Shown: positions 47,124 to 57,214 of the stretch, piece by piece
Layout: every line of letters starts with the position of its first letter
How positions within the stretch are numbered: position 1 is the first letter of the stretch
Assembly (NCBI GenBank): GCA_041750285.1
Contig: JBGSZS010000005.1
Coordinates: forward strand, 30,353-94,352
Direction of reading: 5' to 3'
Source of the DNA: Candidatus Fermentibacteraceae bacterium
Lineage (GTDB): Bacteria; Fermentibacterota; Fermentibacteria; Fermentibacterales; JCC-6
DNA length: 64,000 nucleotides
The notes under the pieces: model-generated
What the model saw: the letters and a program-made list of their open reading frames with translations, nothing else
Database searches by the model: none
Told to the model about the DNA's origin: nothing
Position numbers and translations under genes: made by a program

Positions 47124-48388
47124 AAGAAACTCTCCCCGGTATTGTGAAGCGCAGAGCCGCAGTTTACGGCGCCGATGTCCGGCACGGCCATATGGTAGGG
47201 AATGCGCCTGTAGTCGTCAAGATTCCACACGATGAAGTCCGAGTCATGGCCCGGGACAAGCGAGCCCTTCCTGTCCGGCAACCCCAAGGCAGCCGCTCCG
47301 TTGGCCGTGGCGGCCACAAGGGCCTCCTCCACTGTGAACCCGCAGGCACAAACCGCCAGCGTGACCATGAACGGCATGGATTCGCAGTAACAGCTCCCGG
47401 GGTTGAAATCCGAAGCCAGGGCGACCGCGGCGCCCGCATCGAGAAGCTTCCTTCCGGGGGGGAAAGGTTTGTTCAGAAAAAGCGCGGTCCCGGGAAGAAG
47501 GGTGGCCACCGTGCGTGAAGAGGCGAGCCTCAGGATGTTGTGGTCGGACACGGAAAGGAGGTGGTCGGCGCTCATGGCGCCCAGGTCAACGGCTATGGAC
47601 GCCCCCCCGGTGTCGTGGAACTCGTCGGCGTGTATCCTGACCCTGAAACCCAGTGCTTTCGCAGTCTCGAGATGCCTTCTGCTCTCCTCCGGCGTGAAAA
47701 CGCCCTTCTCGCAGAAAATGTCCACGAAATCGGCCAGGTCGGAGGCGGCAACGGCCGGCAGAACTTCCGACCCGAGGAACTCGAGGTAGCTGCCGGGGTC
47801 TCCGGAAAACTCGATCGGAACGGCGTGGGCGCCGAGAAAGGTCCGCAGGACCGTCTGGGGAACGGTTCCCCGCACGCGGGAGAGTATGCGCAGGCAGCGG
47901 ATCTCGGTTTCGAGGTCGAGGCCGTAGCCGCTCTTTGCCTCGACGGTGGTGGAGCCCAGGGCGAGCATTCGGCCAAGGGCTTCACGAAGGTTCTTCTCGA
48001 TAACGGCATCGGATGCTTCCCGCGTGGCGCGGACGCTGTTTAGGATGCCCCCGCCGGATGCGGCGATCTGCTCGTAGTCGGCCCCCGCTGCACGCATGGC
48101 AAACTCGCCGTGCCGGGTGGCTCCGAAGAGGGGATGCGTGTGGGAATCAACGAATCCCGGCGTCACGACCCTCCCCCCGGCGTCATGGTACGGAAGCGAT
48201 CCCTGAAAATGCGAAGGCAGCCCCTTTTCGGGTCCGCTCCAGACGACTTTGCCGTCAGAGCAGACCAGGGCCGCCTTCTCAACCAGGCCGATCTCCCCCG
48301 AGAGGGCGCCCCTTCTGGGACCCGATGGTCCCTTCATTGTAAGAAGCTGCCCTATTCCCCCGAGCAGGAAACCGGCACCGGGCTCCAC
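47120..48388 (-). CDS. hutI: Imidazolonepropionase
   Basis: PGFVDSHTH, GGGILNSV, EAKSGYGL, FLGAH, DIFCE, HADEF, SADHL, SDFNPG. Confidence 0.95.
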   Translation of the reverse strand: MEPGAGFLLGGIGQLLTMKGPSGPRRGALSGEIGLVEKAALVCSDGKVVWSGPEKGLPSHFQGSLPYHDAGGRVVTPGFVDSHTHPLFGATRHGEFAMRAAGADYEQIAASGGGILNSVRATREASDAVIEKNLREALGRMLALGSTTVEAKSGYGLDLETEIRCLRILSRVRGTVPQTVLRTFLGAHAVPIEFSGDPGSYLEFLGSEVLPAVAASDLADFVDIFCEKGVFTPEESRRHLETAKALGFRVRIHADEFHDTGGASIAVDLGAMSADHLLSVSDHNILRLASSRTVATLLPGTALFLNKPFPPGRKLLDAGAAVALASDFNPGSCYCESMPFMVTLAVCACGFTVEEALVAATANGAAALGLPDRKGSLVPGHDSDFIVWNLDDYRRIPYHMAVPDIGAVNCGSALHNTGESFL

Positions 48389-48648
48389 TACGCCTGGATG
48401 TCTGGAACCACGGAAGCGACTTTTCTCGCCCCCATCATATGGAACTTGACCCTGCCCTCGACCTTGGCGAAGAGGGTGTCGTCATGCCCTATCCCAACAT
48501 TCACGCCGGGGTGGATGGTCGAACCCCTCTGGCGGATGATGATGGTTCCGGCGCTCACCAGGGCGCCCGCCGGGGCCTTGACCCCGAGCCGCTGCCCCTT
48601 GCTGTCGCGACCGTTCCTTGAACTCGAACTGCTTTTCTTGTGTGCCAT
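48388..48648 (-). CDS. rpmA: 50S ribosomal protein L27
   Basis: MAHKK....RNGRDS..RLGVK, IIIRQRG, NVG.G.D.TLFA. Confidence 0.98.
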   Translation of the reverse strand: MAHKKSSSSSRNGRDSKGQRLGVKAPAGALVSAGTIIIRQRGSTIHPGVNVGIGHDDTLFAKVEGRVKFHMMGARKVASVVPDIQA

Positions 48649-48666
48649 GAGACGTTGCCTTTCAGC

Positions 48667-50268
48667 CTATTCAGCGACCACAAGCCTTGTGGACGCGGAT
48701 TCCCCCCCGGAAGTGTACACCACCGTGTAAACTCCCGCAGGGACAGTTCCCGCCGCATTCCAGGCGTAAACGCCGGTTTGTGCGGACAGGGCCGCCTGGT
48801 GAACCATACGGCCCGTAATATCGTAAATTGCAAGCCTGCCCTCAAGCCCCTGTCCGGAAAGGGAAATGATGCAGTTCCCGCGTACCGGGTTGGGGCTTGC
48901 GGAGAGTGATACGAGCGGGGCGATCCCCGAGCTCACATCCTCAATCCCCGTTGAGAACGTGAAGTTGACCTCAACCATCTGAGCGGGGCCCACGACCACG
49001 CCGGTCTGGGTCTGGCTGCCCGCGCCGGAAACGGTGGCCGTTATGTTGTAGGTCCCCGCGACGAGGCTCTTCGAATACCCGCCGTTCACAACGTCGCTCC
49101 GCGTGAAACGAAGCGGTGTGGAGTCTGAAGCATCGGGTATGGAGATGTCTATCTGGGCGTCGAGCGGGTCACCGGTGCCGTTGGTGACCGTTCCGTACAC
49201 GCCGTAGAGGCAGCTCACAGCCCACTGAAGCATGGGCATGTAGTTTGCGTCGGCCACGCCGGGCCAGTCCGAGGGCGACTTGGCATCTGAGACCTCGATG
49301 GTGTGGTCGACGGTGCCGCACTCGCCGTAGCTCCAGTCGTTAACGTCTCCGTTGGTGGGGTACCACGAGGCCCCGGGGATATAGATGGCCCAGGTGCCGG
49401 GGCCGTAGTATTCAATTATGTCCTGATGCAGGCCGTATGCATTCGCCTGGGCCGTGACAACTGCCAGGTCCTGAATGGGCTCGCTCACGCTGAAGTTCCA
49501 CACGGTGTTCACGCACTGCGCGCCGTCGTGACCGGAGAACCCTCCCGCGAAGACGTTGCGAAGGTTGGTGAGCGAGGGCCAGTCCGGCTGTGTGATGTTG
49601 CGGAGCGCCTGTGTCTCGGGTTCGCTGAAGGGGGCTGATCCGCCACCGCTCCACATGTAGCTGCAGTTCCTGTTGAGGTCGACGCTGTTGCCGTTGTAGC
49701 GGGAGTTGTTGTAGTAGCCGTCGGGGTTCAGCACCGGGATGATCCAGGTCTCGGCGTTGTTCACCAGGTAGGTGCACATGTCGCTGGTGCCGTAGTTGTC
49801 GGTAAGGACCGTAAGGAAGTTCAGCACCGACATCCCCGAACCCTTCTCGTCGCCGTGGATGTTGCCGCAGACCCGGACCCTGGGCTCGGCCTCGTTCTGG
49901 CTGATGTTCTGGGAAACCACCACCGCATAGATGGGCCTGCCCTGATAGGACGTGCCGATGTTTTCGAGACGGCATATCGAGGAATGCTGCGAGACTATGT
50001 TCGCAAGGGTGGTGTTGACCTCGGTCAGCGATGGGTAGGGAACCAGCGGAACCGGTTCATCAAGGGCCACAGGGCTGTATCCAAGGCCGCGAAGCATCGT
50101 CATGCGGTCTTCGTTCACGTAGACCCTGGCCCTGTCCACGAACACGGCCTCGATGTCGAAGCCCTGGCGGGAGAGGTAGGAAAGGTCGGCCCTCGATACC
50201 TCGGGAACCATCACCGAAAACCATCCGTCGGCCGACATCGCCAGAAGTGCAAGCAACAAAGCGGTCAT
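48667..50268 (-). CDS. M14 zinc carboxypeptidase with T9SS type-A-like C-terminal domain
   Basis: IGTSYQGR, IHGDE, NPDG, RYNGNSVDLNRN, SEPETQA; C-terminal SPNP...IYDITGR.V...AGVY. Confidence 0.9.
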   Translation of the reverse strand: MTALLLALLAMSADGWFSVMVPEVSRADLSYLSRQGFDIEAVFVDRARVYVNEDRMTMLRGLGYSPVALDEPVPLVPYPSLTEVNTTLANIVSQHSSICRLENIGTSYQGRPIYAVVVSQNISQNEAEPRVRVCGNIHGDEKGSGMSVLNFLTVLTDNYGTSDMCTYLVNNAETWIIPVLNPDGYYNNSRYNGNSVDLNRNCSYMWSGGGSAPFSEPETQALRNITQPDWPSLTNLRNVFAGGFSGHDGAQCVNTVWNFSVSEPIQDLAVVTAQANAYGLHQDIIEYYGPGTWAIYIPGASWYPTNGDVNDWSYGECGTVDHTIEVSDAKSPSDWPGVADANYMPMLQWAVSCLYGVYGTVTNGTGDPLDAQIDISIPDASDSTPLRFTRSDVVNGGYSKSLVAGTYNITATVSGAGSQTQTGVVVGPAQMVEVNFTFSTGIEDVSSGIAPLVSLSASPNPVRGNCIISLSGQGLEGRLAIYDITGRMVHQAALSAQTGVYAWNAAGTVPAGVYTVVYTSGGESASTRLVVAE

Positions 50269-50364
50269 AAGGGTCCATTCTTCACGGGGAAACCCCCCGG
50301 AATCGGGTTGAGGTAAGACAGTGCGACAATGCAAACATTTCCTGAAACCACTCCCGGGTCAAGG

Positions 50365-50393
50365 TTGCAGCTTCATATACCCCATTGTAGAAT
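50365..50393 (+). promoter_or_regulatory. Sigma70 promoter of tRNA-Pro
   Basis: TTGCAG-17nt-TAGAAT, 12 nt before the tRNA. Confidence 0.7.
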
Positions 50394-50405
50394 AGCAGTT
50401 CCGGT

Positions 50406-50482
<77 letters not shown>

Positions 50483-50582
50483 GTTCGACACTTCAGCGAA
50501 CACATCACCCCATGCCGTTATCTTCTTCCACCAGACCAGCCTCTTAATTGACCACTCTCAGCAAGAACAACCTGGAGGACAG

Positions 50583-51649
50583 ATGAGCAAACATTTATCG
50601 ATGCTTCTCGCGTCCGCCGCGGTCTCCATGGCGGCTGAGCCCGTTCTGATAGCCACGAACCTCTCCGATTACCATCCGGGGTTCGTCGTGCTTCCGGACG
50701 ACACCGTGATCTACAGGGACGCAGAGGGAAACCTGCATTCGGTGAACCCGGCCGAACCGGCTTCCGACACCATCATCAAAACGGACTGGAACCCCGCCGA
50801 ACACGGCTGGGAATTCTGCGTGCAGGAAGGCCTTCTGCGAGCAAGCACTGACGGTTCGATGCTGCTTTACACCATCAACCTCAGGGTGCCCGACTCACTC
50901 CAGACCAGTGAGGGCTACGTCCCCGGCCCAGCCGGTGTCTTCATCACAGACCCGACGGAAGCGGTACAAGGCTTGTCGCCCTCTCCATGGAGGTCGGAAG
51001 CGGCCCCGACTTCCGGTTCATTCAAAGCGGCCACAGGTTCTATGGTGCCCCCCTCCTCCAGTGCCCCCCCACACCGCAGGGCATGGTCGAGTACTGGTTC
51101 AGGGAGGAAGAGACCGATGAGTTTGGCGGATACATGGTCGACCCGGTTGACGGGAGCCGAAGCGGAGGCCCGGGAGGCTTCCTGGGTGACGGCTTCACGG
51201 CCAACCCATGGTCTGACCTGGTTGCCTGCGGAGCATGGCCGCCCAACCTGATAGCGGACGCCCTGACCGGTGAGACGCTTCTGGAACTTCCATACTCGGA
51301 AGAAGCTCCCTGGGGGATCATCGAGCAGTGGGTGCTCCCGAACGCCGGCCTCTCCCACGACTGCAAGGACCAGCTCCTCAGATATGCCGACGGAAGGACG
51401 GTCCGCAACCCCGGAGCAGAGCTGATCGTGAACGGAAGGCTTGCCGACGGAAGGTACCTCGTGTCTTATGGTTACCGGGAACCCGTGGTTCTGGCATGGG
51501 TGGACTGGGATACCTTTGAGGCAACCGTTACTGACAGCCTTCCCGGGATCGGTGAGCTGATGGATCCAATGAGCGGGGCGGTCGAACTGCCCTCGGGCGG
51601 AGCCATCCTGTTCCGCTCAGGCGGCGGGCTGTACTTCGCGGGGCTTTAA
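50583..51649 (+). pseudogene. Exported hypothetical (beta-propeller-like) protein, frameshifted
   Basis: GGAGG RBS and signal peptide at 50583; one missing C in GACCCGAC (50949-50956) joins ORF 50412.. to ORF 50987.. giving ..TDPDGSGTRLVALSMEVG. Confidence 0.7.
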
Positions 51650-52128
51650 ACCGGCACGGAGCTCCCCTGCTTCTCCGCCAGCGTCCTGAGCTCGCTGAGG
51701 AAGTAGTTCCTGTTGTCCTCTTCGGCTATCGCCTCGCCGGCCTTTTCCGCAAGACGCATGTACCTCGATACTCCGGAGTGATCACCCGCAACTGAGCTGG
51801 CCCTTGCAAGGGCCTCGTAGGCGAATGCCAGGTCGAAGTCGCCTATTCCGTTGGCCTCGCAGATCTCAAGGCACCGGCGCGCATGATGCATGGCCCCATC
51901 AGGGCGTTTCAGCACCGAACAGACCCGCGAGATCTGCCACTCCCCGCGTTCGAACTCCAGGGGCGTTCCGATCTCCCCCCAGTGGTAGCGCGAGGCGTGG
52001 GCGGCGTGAAGCATCCTGTCGTCTTCCTCCGGGGTTCGTTCTTCCCTGTCCATGAGGTCCCAGACCAGGTTGAACAGCTCGACTGCGAACTTTTCGTGCC
52101 GTTCCCTCAACTGATCAACGTTCTCCAT
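51646..52128 (-). CDS. Conserved hypothetical helical (TPR-like) protein
   Basis: GGAGGAG RBS; AVELFN..WDL, HAAHASRYHW, RGEWQISRV, AYEALARA. Confidence 0.8.
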   Translation of the reverse strand: MENVDQLRERHEKFAVELFNLVWDLMDREERTPEEDDRMLHAAHASRYHWGEIGTPLEFERGEWQISRVCSVLKRPDGAMHHARRCLEICEANGIGDFDLAFAYEALARASSVAGDHSGVSRYMRLAEKAGEAIAEEDNRNYFLSELRTLAEKQGSSVPV

Positions 52129-52157
52129 GCGTGTCACTCCTCCCCGGGCGGGGCTGC

Positions 52158-52496
52158 TCAGCCCCTCCTTCTCATCCAGTTCAAGAAGAACAGGGCGCTT
52201 ATGACGACCAGGCTCCCGGAGATGCTCGCATAGGCGCCCCAGTGCTCCCTTCCGCCTGTCATGACTACGTAGAACACCGCAAGGGCTGCGAACAGGAGCG
52301 CCCCAACCCACTCACGCCGCCATGACACGACAAGGACAAGGGCGATCAGGAATACCTGTATCAGGTGGATCATGAGGGCGAGGAAGGTCTCACCAGCGCC
52401 CCTCCCCGCCTCGAAAACGTCAAGCGAAAAAAGGCTGAGGAAAACACCGAACAGGATGCAAAGCACCCTCGGCGCCCAGTAAAGGAACTTCTTCAC
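52158..52496 (-). CDS. Small 4-TM membrane protein
   Basis: GTG start after GAGGGAGGG; WAPRVL...F.SLFSLDVF..MIHL. Confidence 0.75.
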   Translation of the reverse strand: MKKFLYWAPRVLCILFGVFLSLFSLDVFEAGRGAGETFLALMIHLIQVFLIALVLVVSWRREWVGALLFAALAVFYVVMTGGREHWGAYASISGSLVVISALFFLNWMRRRG

Positions 52497-52507
52497 ATCA
52501 CCCTCCC

Positions 52508-53404
52508 TCAAACGACCGGCTTCTCTGCCGCAAGAAGATCTGTGAGAAGGGCTTTCTCCTTCAGGCGGAGCAAGGTGATCCTGCCCTCCCCTTCGACCAT
52601 TTTCTGGGTCTCGAGTATCTCGAACATCGTTTCGGCGACCTGGGGGTCGGCGTTGATCTCGGCCATCGCCTTGCCCACTATGGCCGGGCGCACCGCCGCG
52701 GCCTTGCCGAACTCGACGGCGGCAAGGCGCTCGGCGGTGTTCCTGATGATGTTGACCTGGTTGGCCCCGTCCTGCTTGATGGCAGCGGTCACCTGCCTGA
52801 GCCTGTTAACCACCTTGCTCTCGATCTGGGCGATCATCTCGGGGTCACGGAAGTGAACCTTGCGAATGTAGATGGAACCAAGTTTGTAGCCCCACTCGTT
52901 GGACTTGGGCGTGACCTCGTCACGAACCGTGCGGCTCATCGGGTGCCTGTCCACGAGCATCTTGGCCAGAGGCAGGTTGCTCAGGCAGCGAACCGTGGAG
53001 TTGCTGACGTTTGCCGCCAGCGAGCCCCTTGGGTTCCTGTTCTTGAACAGGTAGGCAACGGGGTCGCTCACGAACATCTCGAACCAGATGCCTATGCCCA
53101 TGGGCGCGCCCTCTTCGGAGTTCACGGGCTGGCTGCGCAGGTACTGCTGATCGAGCCTCATGTCCGTCACGTGACAGCGCCCCAGCCAGTTCACGAAAAG
53201 GGCCCTCCAGCCAAGTTTGGTCCAAAGGCAGACAAGGCCCGGCTTGTCGACGATCCCGATCACGTTCCCGAACAGGACGTACACGTGGCACCTGCGCTCA
53301 CGCACGATGGCGTATGCACCCGACATTCGAACGAACCACAGCAGGACGGGCACGCCCACAAGGAATCCCATAAAAGTCAGGGCAGCGAGTATTGTCTGGT
53401 TCAC
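52508..53404 (-). CDS. SPFH/band-7 domain protein
   Basis: N-terminal TM helix, LFG.V.G.VDKPGL, VNSEEGAPMG, C-terminal coiled region. Confidence 0.85.
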   Translation of the reverse strand: MNQTILAALTFMGFLVGVPVLLWFVRMSGAYAIVRERRCHVYVLFGNVIGIVDKPGLVCLWTKLGWRALFVNWLGRCHVTDMRLDQQYLRSQPVNSEEGAPMGIGIWFEMFVSDPVAYLFKNRNPRGSLAANVSNSTVRCLSNLPLAKMLVDRHPMSRTVRDEVTPKSNEWGYKLGSIYIRKVHFRDPEMIAQIESKVVNRLRQVTAAIKQDGANQVNIIRNTAERLAAVEFGKAAAVRPAIVGKAMAEINADPQVAETMFEILETQKMVEGEGRITLLRLKEKALLTDLLAAEKPVV

Positions 53405-54384
53405 GGCTTCACCTCCGTGATCAGGCGCTGGGCCTTCGAGAGAAGCGCCATACGGACGAGCCGCACGTATGCTTCCATGGCGCCCATGCCGTTCTGTTTC
53501 AGGAGGGAGAGCTGGGCGGCAAGGCGCCTGAGGGGTTCTACATCGGCCTCGGCCTTCAGGGTCTCGATCTCCACCGCCCTCTTCGACTCAACTATCCTCT
53601 GATCGGCGGCGGCAGTTGCAAGGCTTATGTCGGAAGAGACCTGGTTGTGCGCAGTGTTGATGGCCGCAAGAGCCGACTCGACCTCGGGAGGGGGGTCTAT
53701 CCCGGTGATGAGCGAGGCGTCCAGAAGAATGCCGTACCTTGCCTGCGAGCACCTGCACTCGGTGTCCATGTGTTCGTTCAGGTCTCGCAGGTTCTTGCGC
53801 AGGTCGTTGATCGAGATTCCCTCGACTGAAACCGCGTTGGGTTCGGCATCTGCCTCGGCCTTCCCGGGAGCCTCGAAGGTGGCTATCCTCTCTCTCAACA
53901 CCGACACGAAATACCCCATCACATGAGCAATTGGCTTGGTCACCCCGAAGATGTAGGCGTACAGGTTTCTCTCGGAGACCTGGAACCTGATCTGCCCGGT
54001 CAGCCCTGTGTTCAGCTGGTCCTTGGTAACCGCTTCAATCATCGTGCCGTTGTGGTTGGCGGTGGGCGACTCGGGGTCGAAGGCCATGTTCACTGTCTCG
54101 GTTGCGACAGAAACCTTGTGGACCTTCTCCCAGGGCCACTTGAAGTAGGGTCCGCCCGGCATGATCACGTGCACCTGAGGGAAGCAGTAACGCTCCTTCT
54201 CCGTATCGCGCAGCATGTCTGCAATGGGGTCTTCCAGCGTGGTGAGCTTCCCCACCCGGCAGGCCCTGCCGAAGACGGTCTTCACGGCCCGCTGATGCGG
54301 CGCAACCGTGTAGAACCCGGTAAGCACGACCCGGACAATGAACCAGGCAAGGAACCCTGCCCATACCCCGATTGGAATGTCCAT
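53401..54384 (-). CDS. SPFH/band-7 domain protein
   Basis: GGAGGGGGA RBS before MDIP; GFYTV...RAVKT.FG, PGGPYFKWPWEKV, IDPP.EV..ALAAIN. Confidence 0.85.
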   Translation of the reverse strand: MDIPIGVWAGFLAWFIVRVVLTGFYTVAPHQRAVKTVFGRACRVGKLTTLEDPIADMLRDTEKERYCFPQVHVIMPGGPYFKWPWEKVHKVSVATETVNMAFDPESPTANHNGTMIEAVTKDQLNTGLTGQIRFQVSERNLYAYIFGVTKPIAHVMGYFVSVLRERIATFEAPGKAEADAEPNAVSVEGISINDLRKNLRDLNEHMDTECRCSQARYGILLDASLITGIDPPPEVESALAAINTAHNQVSSDISLATAAADQRIVESKRAVEIETLKAEADVEPLRRLAAQLSLLKQNGMGAMEAYVRLVRMALLSKAQRLITEVKP

Positions 54385-54496
54385 TCCCCCTCCATCCCGA
54401 AAAGCGTTCAGGGACAATAAAAACGTACCCCAACTGATAAGGGCGGCAAACAAAAAGGTCAACGGCGAAACGCTGGAAGCGTGCCTAAAGAAGCTT

Positions 54497-54868
54497 CTAC
54501 GGCGTGCCCGCGAATTCGATCAGATTCCCGTCGGGATCGCAAATCCGGAAAAGGGCGAATGTCGGGCCATATTCGCGATACTCGGAGTTCACCAGAACTC
54601 CCGCATCCCTGAGGGCCTCGTAGGAAGCCTTTACACTGTCCGTCCCAAAGCACGGGCTGAACTCCGAATTGTCGGACAACCCCCCGCGCCCGTTCAACCT
54701 GCACGCCTCGATGTAAAGCGTGACATTCCCCGCCTTCATCAATACACCAGGCTCCATATCCCCCATCTTCTCGAACCCCAGCTGGTCACGGTAGAAGGCC
54801 TCGGACCGTGCCAGATCACTCACGTATACAGCGAGAACGTTCAAATCCCTCACCATCACCGTTGCCAT
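54497..54868 (-). CDS. VOC/glyoxalase family protein
   Basis: VSDLARSEAFYRDQLGF, DPDGNLIEF. Confidence 0.9.
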   Translation of the reverse strand: MATVMVRDLNVLAVYVSDLARSEAFYRDQLGFEKMGDMEPGVLMKAGNVTLYIEACRLNGRGGLSDNSEFSPCFGTDSVKASYEALRDAGVLVNSEYREYGPTFALFRICDPDGNLIEFAGTP

Positions 54869-54983
54869 GACCGGTTCCCCCGTTCAAAGAATGCCGCCGT
54901 CGAAAGGTAACAGGACCCCAGGGCTTCATCCATTCTCCACAAGGAAGGCAGCCGGTCACCGGCTTACCGGAGCCGAACAGCCC

Positions 54984-55379
54984 TCATGATTCATGCTCGA
55001 CATCACCAGGCAGCACCACCCACGGGTGCTTCCGGTCAAGATAGACCGTAACCCTCGGGGCTGGGAAGGACGGATCTGCAAAGGCACCGACGGGGATCCC
55101 GTAAAACCCTTCAAGCCCCTCCGCTTCGTAGTACACGGTGGCGCCGCAGTTCGGGCAGAAATGGAAGGTTATCGTTCCCCCGTCGTCCGGTATCCTCGTA
55201 AAGGCCCTGGACTCTCCACTTACGGCAACATCTTCGCTGCGGAAGCGCGCCTGAACTCCGAATACGCTCCCAGTTCGAAGCTGGCAGGCAAGGCAGTGGC
55301 AGACCGATATCCTTGCCGGTTCACCGGTGACCCTGGCCGTCAGCCTGCCGCAACTGCAGGAGGCCAATCTCTCAGTCAT
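54984..55379 (-). CDS. GFA (CENP-V) family protein
   Basis: SCSCG, CHCLACQLRTGS, FCPNCG. Confidence 0.92.
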   Translation of the reverse strand: MTERLASCSCGRLTARVTGEPARISVCHCLACQLRTGSVFGVQARFRSEDVAVSGESRAFTRIPDDGGTITFHFCPNCGATVYYEAEGLEGFYGIPVGAFADPSFPAPRVTVYLDRKHPWVVLPGDVEHES

Positions 55380-55472
55380 GCGATCTCCTTCCGGTCCTGC
55401 GACTGACGAAGCAATCAACACGCAGCTTCTTCCATCCCATTCTCTGACAGGTTCCTTGTTCAAGGGCGATTC

Positions 55473-55886
55473 TCAGCATTCGCTGCGCGTCAACGCCTGC
55501 ACGACATCCACACCGTTGCCGTCGGGGTCCTTGATGTTGAAATACCTGTAGCCCCAGGGCGTGTCCTTCGGAGGTTCCTTCACTTCGACACCCAGGGCCT
55601 GTATCCGCTTGTACTCGGCGTCCACATCAGGCACCTGGAACTCGAACCCCTGGCATGCTTCGTACTCCCGCGGGACGTATTCACCGTCGTGGTTCACCAC
55701 GAGAAGTACTGTCCCACCCCGGTTGTCGCCAAACCACATTTCGATGCGGTCAGGCCCGCCATGCGATTGATCGATGCTCGCGCCCAGAACGGTCCGGTAG
55801 AACCCGGCAAGCCTTCCGGGATCAGCCGAAACGATGTTCACGCATTTGAGGTGCATCGAAGTGCCTCCGGATTCTGACATGCTCAT
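55473..55886 (-). CDS. VOC/glyoxalase family protein
   Basis: FYRTVLG, VPDVDAEY, PWGYRYF..KDPDGN. Confidence 0.9.
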   Translation of the reverse strand: MSMSESGGTSMHLKCVNIVSADPGRLAGFYRTVLGASIDQSHGGPDRIEMWFGDNRGGTVLLVVNHDGEYVPREYEACQGFEFQVPDVDAEYKRIQALGVEVKEPPKDTPWGYRYFNIKDPDGNGVDVVQALTRSEC

Positions 55887-55974
55887 TCCCTTCCGCGGAT
55901 CCGTCCCGGGATTCATCCGCACTCACTTGGCAGGGTGATGGCAACTCCGTGAAAAAAACCATCAATGCAACTCA

Positions 55975-56373
55975 TCACCGGGTCATGCCCTGTTTCGTCT
56001 GCAGTCTCAGGGCCGCAAGCATGTCGGACACGAGTATGCCGTCGATCTTCATTCCAACGGTTTTGCAGCCCGACACCTCAACCCCGGACAGGTCGCACCT
56101 GACAAAGCGTGTTCCGTTCAGGTCGGCCTCATCGAACAGAAGAGGACGTTGTTTGCCCTCTGCCTCCGTGGGCAGTCCGATGTGCCTGAATGTGGCGCCG
56201 CCGATCTGGGCCGCTGTGACCGTGATGTCGCTGAGGTTGATGTTGTGGAACCTCGCTCCCGCAAGGTTGACGTTGTCGAACTCGGCGCCTCCCAGACAGA
56301 CGTCCTCGAATCTCGAGCCGGTCAGCCTGGCGTGCAGTGCCAGATGCTTGCCGCATTTGATCGTTGGTTCCAT
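55975..56373 (-). CDS. Pentapeptide repeat protein
   Basis: AGGAGGTG RBS; xLxGA/xFxxx pentapeptide repeats; GMKIDGI tail. Confidence 0.88.
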   Translation of the reverse strand: MEPTIKCGKHLALHARLTGSRFEDVCLGGAEFDNVNLAGARFHNINLSDITVTAAQIGGATFRHIGLPTEAEGKQRPLLFDEADLNGTRFVRCDLSGVEVSGCKTVGMKIDGILVSDMLAALRLQTKQGMTR

Positions 56374-56586
56374 TGATTCACCTCCTCTTCTGCATTTACA
56401 ATGTTATCACATCTAATTACTTAATAATACATCCCATCGATTCTCATACTCCATCAAGGTCTTCAGGGGCATGAAGCCATGATTCTTCCAGTTCTTTGGC
56501 TTATGGATGTGTTTCGCGACATCACCGTTTCTGCAAAGAGGTTGTGCTTTCCTCCCAATGAGTCTCGAACGGCTCATTCACTTCCA

Positions 56587-57192
56587 TCATCCCCTCTCCC
56601 CGTCCGGTCTTCCGTAGAGCTGAACGTAGAAGTACTGGCCTGCCCCGCAGGTCGAAAGCGGTACAAGCCCGAGAAGCCTCTGTAGGTCTTCCGGGGACAG
56701 CCGCCGTTCCATCGGGGGTCCGAAGGGTGTTGGCCGCTTCACGATCTCGACGATGGCAAGTTTTCCACCGGGAGAGAGAAGGCGCCCGGTCTCTTCCAGG
56801 AATCCGGGGATCTGCCCGGGGCTGAAGCCGTGAACGACGTTCGACAGGTAGATCAGGTCGATTGAGGAAGCGGGCAGACCGGTGTTGCCCGTGATATCGC
56901 CCACAATGGCAACGATGTTGGTGCCTGCTGTCTCCGCACCAAGCGCGGCAATGCCGTCATCGTCAACGTCGAGGGCGTACACCGTGCCCCCGCTCCCCAC
57001 AAGCCCGGAAAACTCCCGCGACATGTAGCCGTTTCCGCAGCCGGCGTCGAGAACGGTCTGCCCCGGCTTTATCGCAAGCGCGAAGAGAACGGCATCCTTA
57101 TCAAGAAAGCTCTCTGTGGTCTTCCCCCGGTGGCTGTGCTCGGGGGCGGCATGCTGTTCCATCCCCCCGGCGGCAGTCATGGTGCACTCCAT
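56587..57192 (-). CDS. Class I SAM-dependent methyltransferase
   Basis: VLDAGCGNG, VYALD, LSPGGKLAIVE. Confidence 0.88.
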   Translation of the reverse strand: MECTMTAAGGMEQHAAPEHSHRGKTTESFLDKDAVLFALAIKPGQTVLDAGCGNGYMSREFSGLVGSGGTVYALDVDDDGIAALGAETAGTNIVAIVGDITGNTGLPASSIDLIYLSNVVHGFSPGQIPGFLEETGRLLSPGGKLAIVEIVKRPTPFGPPMERRLSPEDLQRLLGLVPLSTCGAGQYFYVQLYGRPDGERG

Positions 57193-57214
57193 GGCAGCAA
57201 ACCTGTTCCGGGAC

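Noticed and set aside
54839..54848. GTTCAAATCC match to the tRNA-Pro T-arm as a possible att site
   Set aside because: Only 10 nt, inside a VOC gene, and no integrase; likely chance
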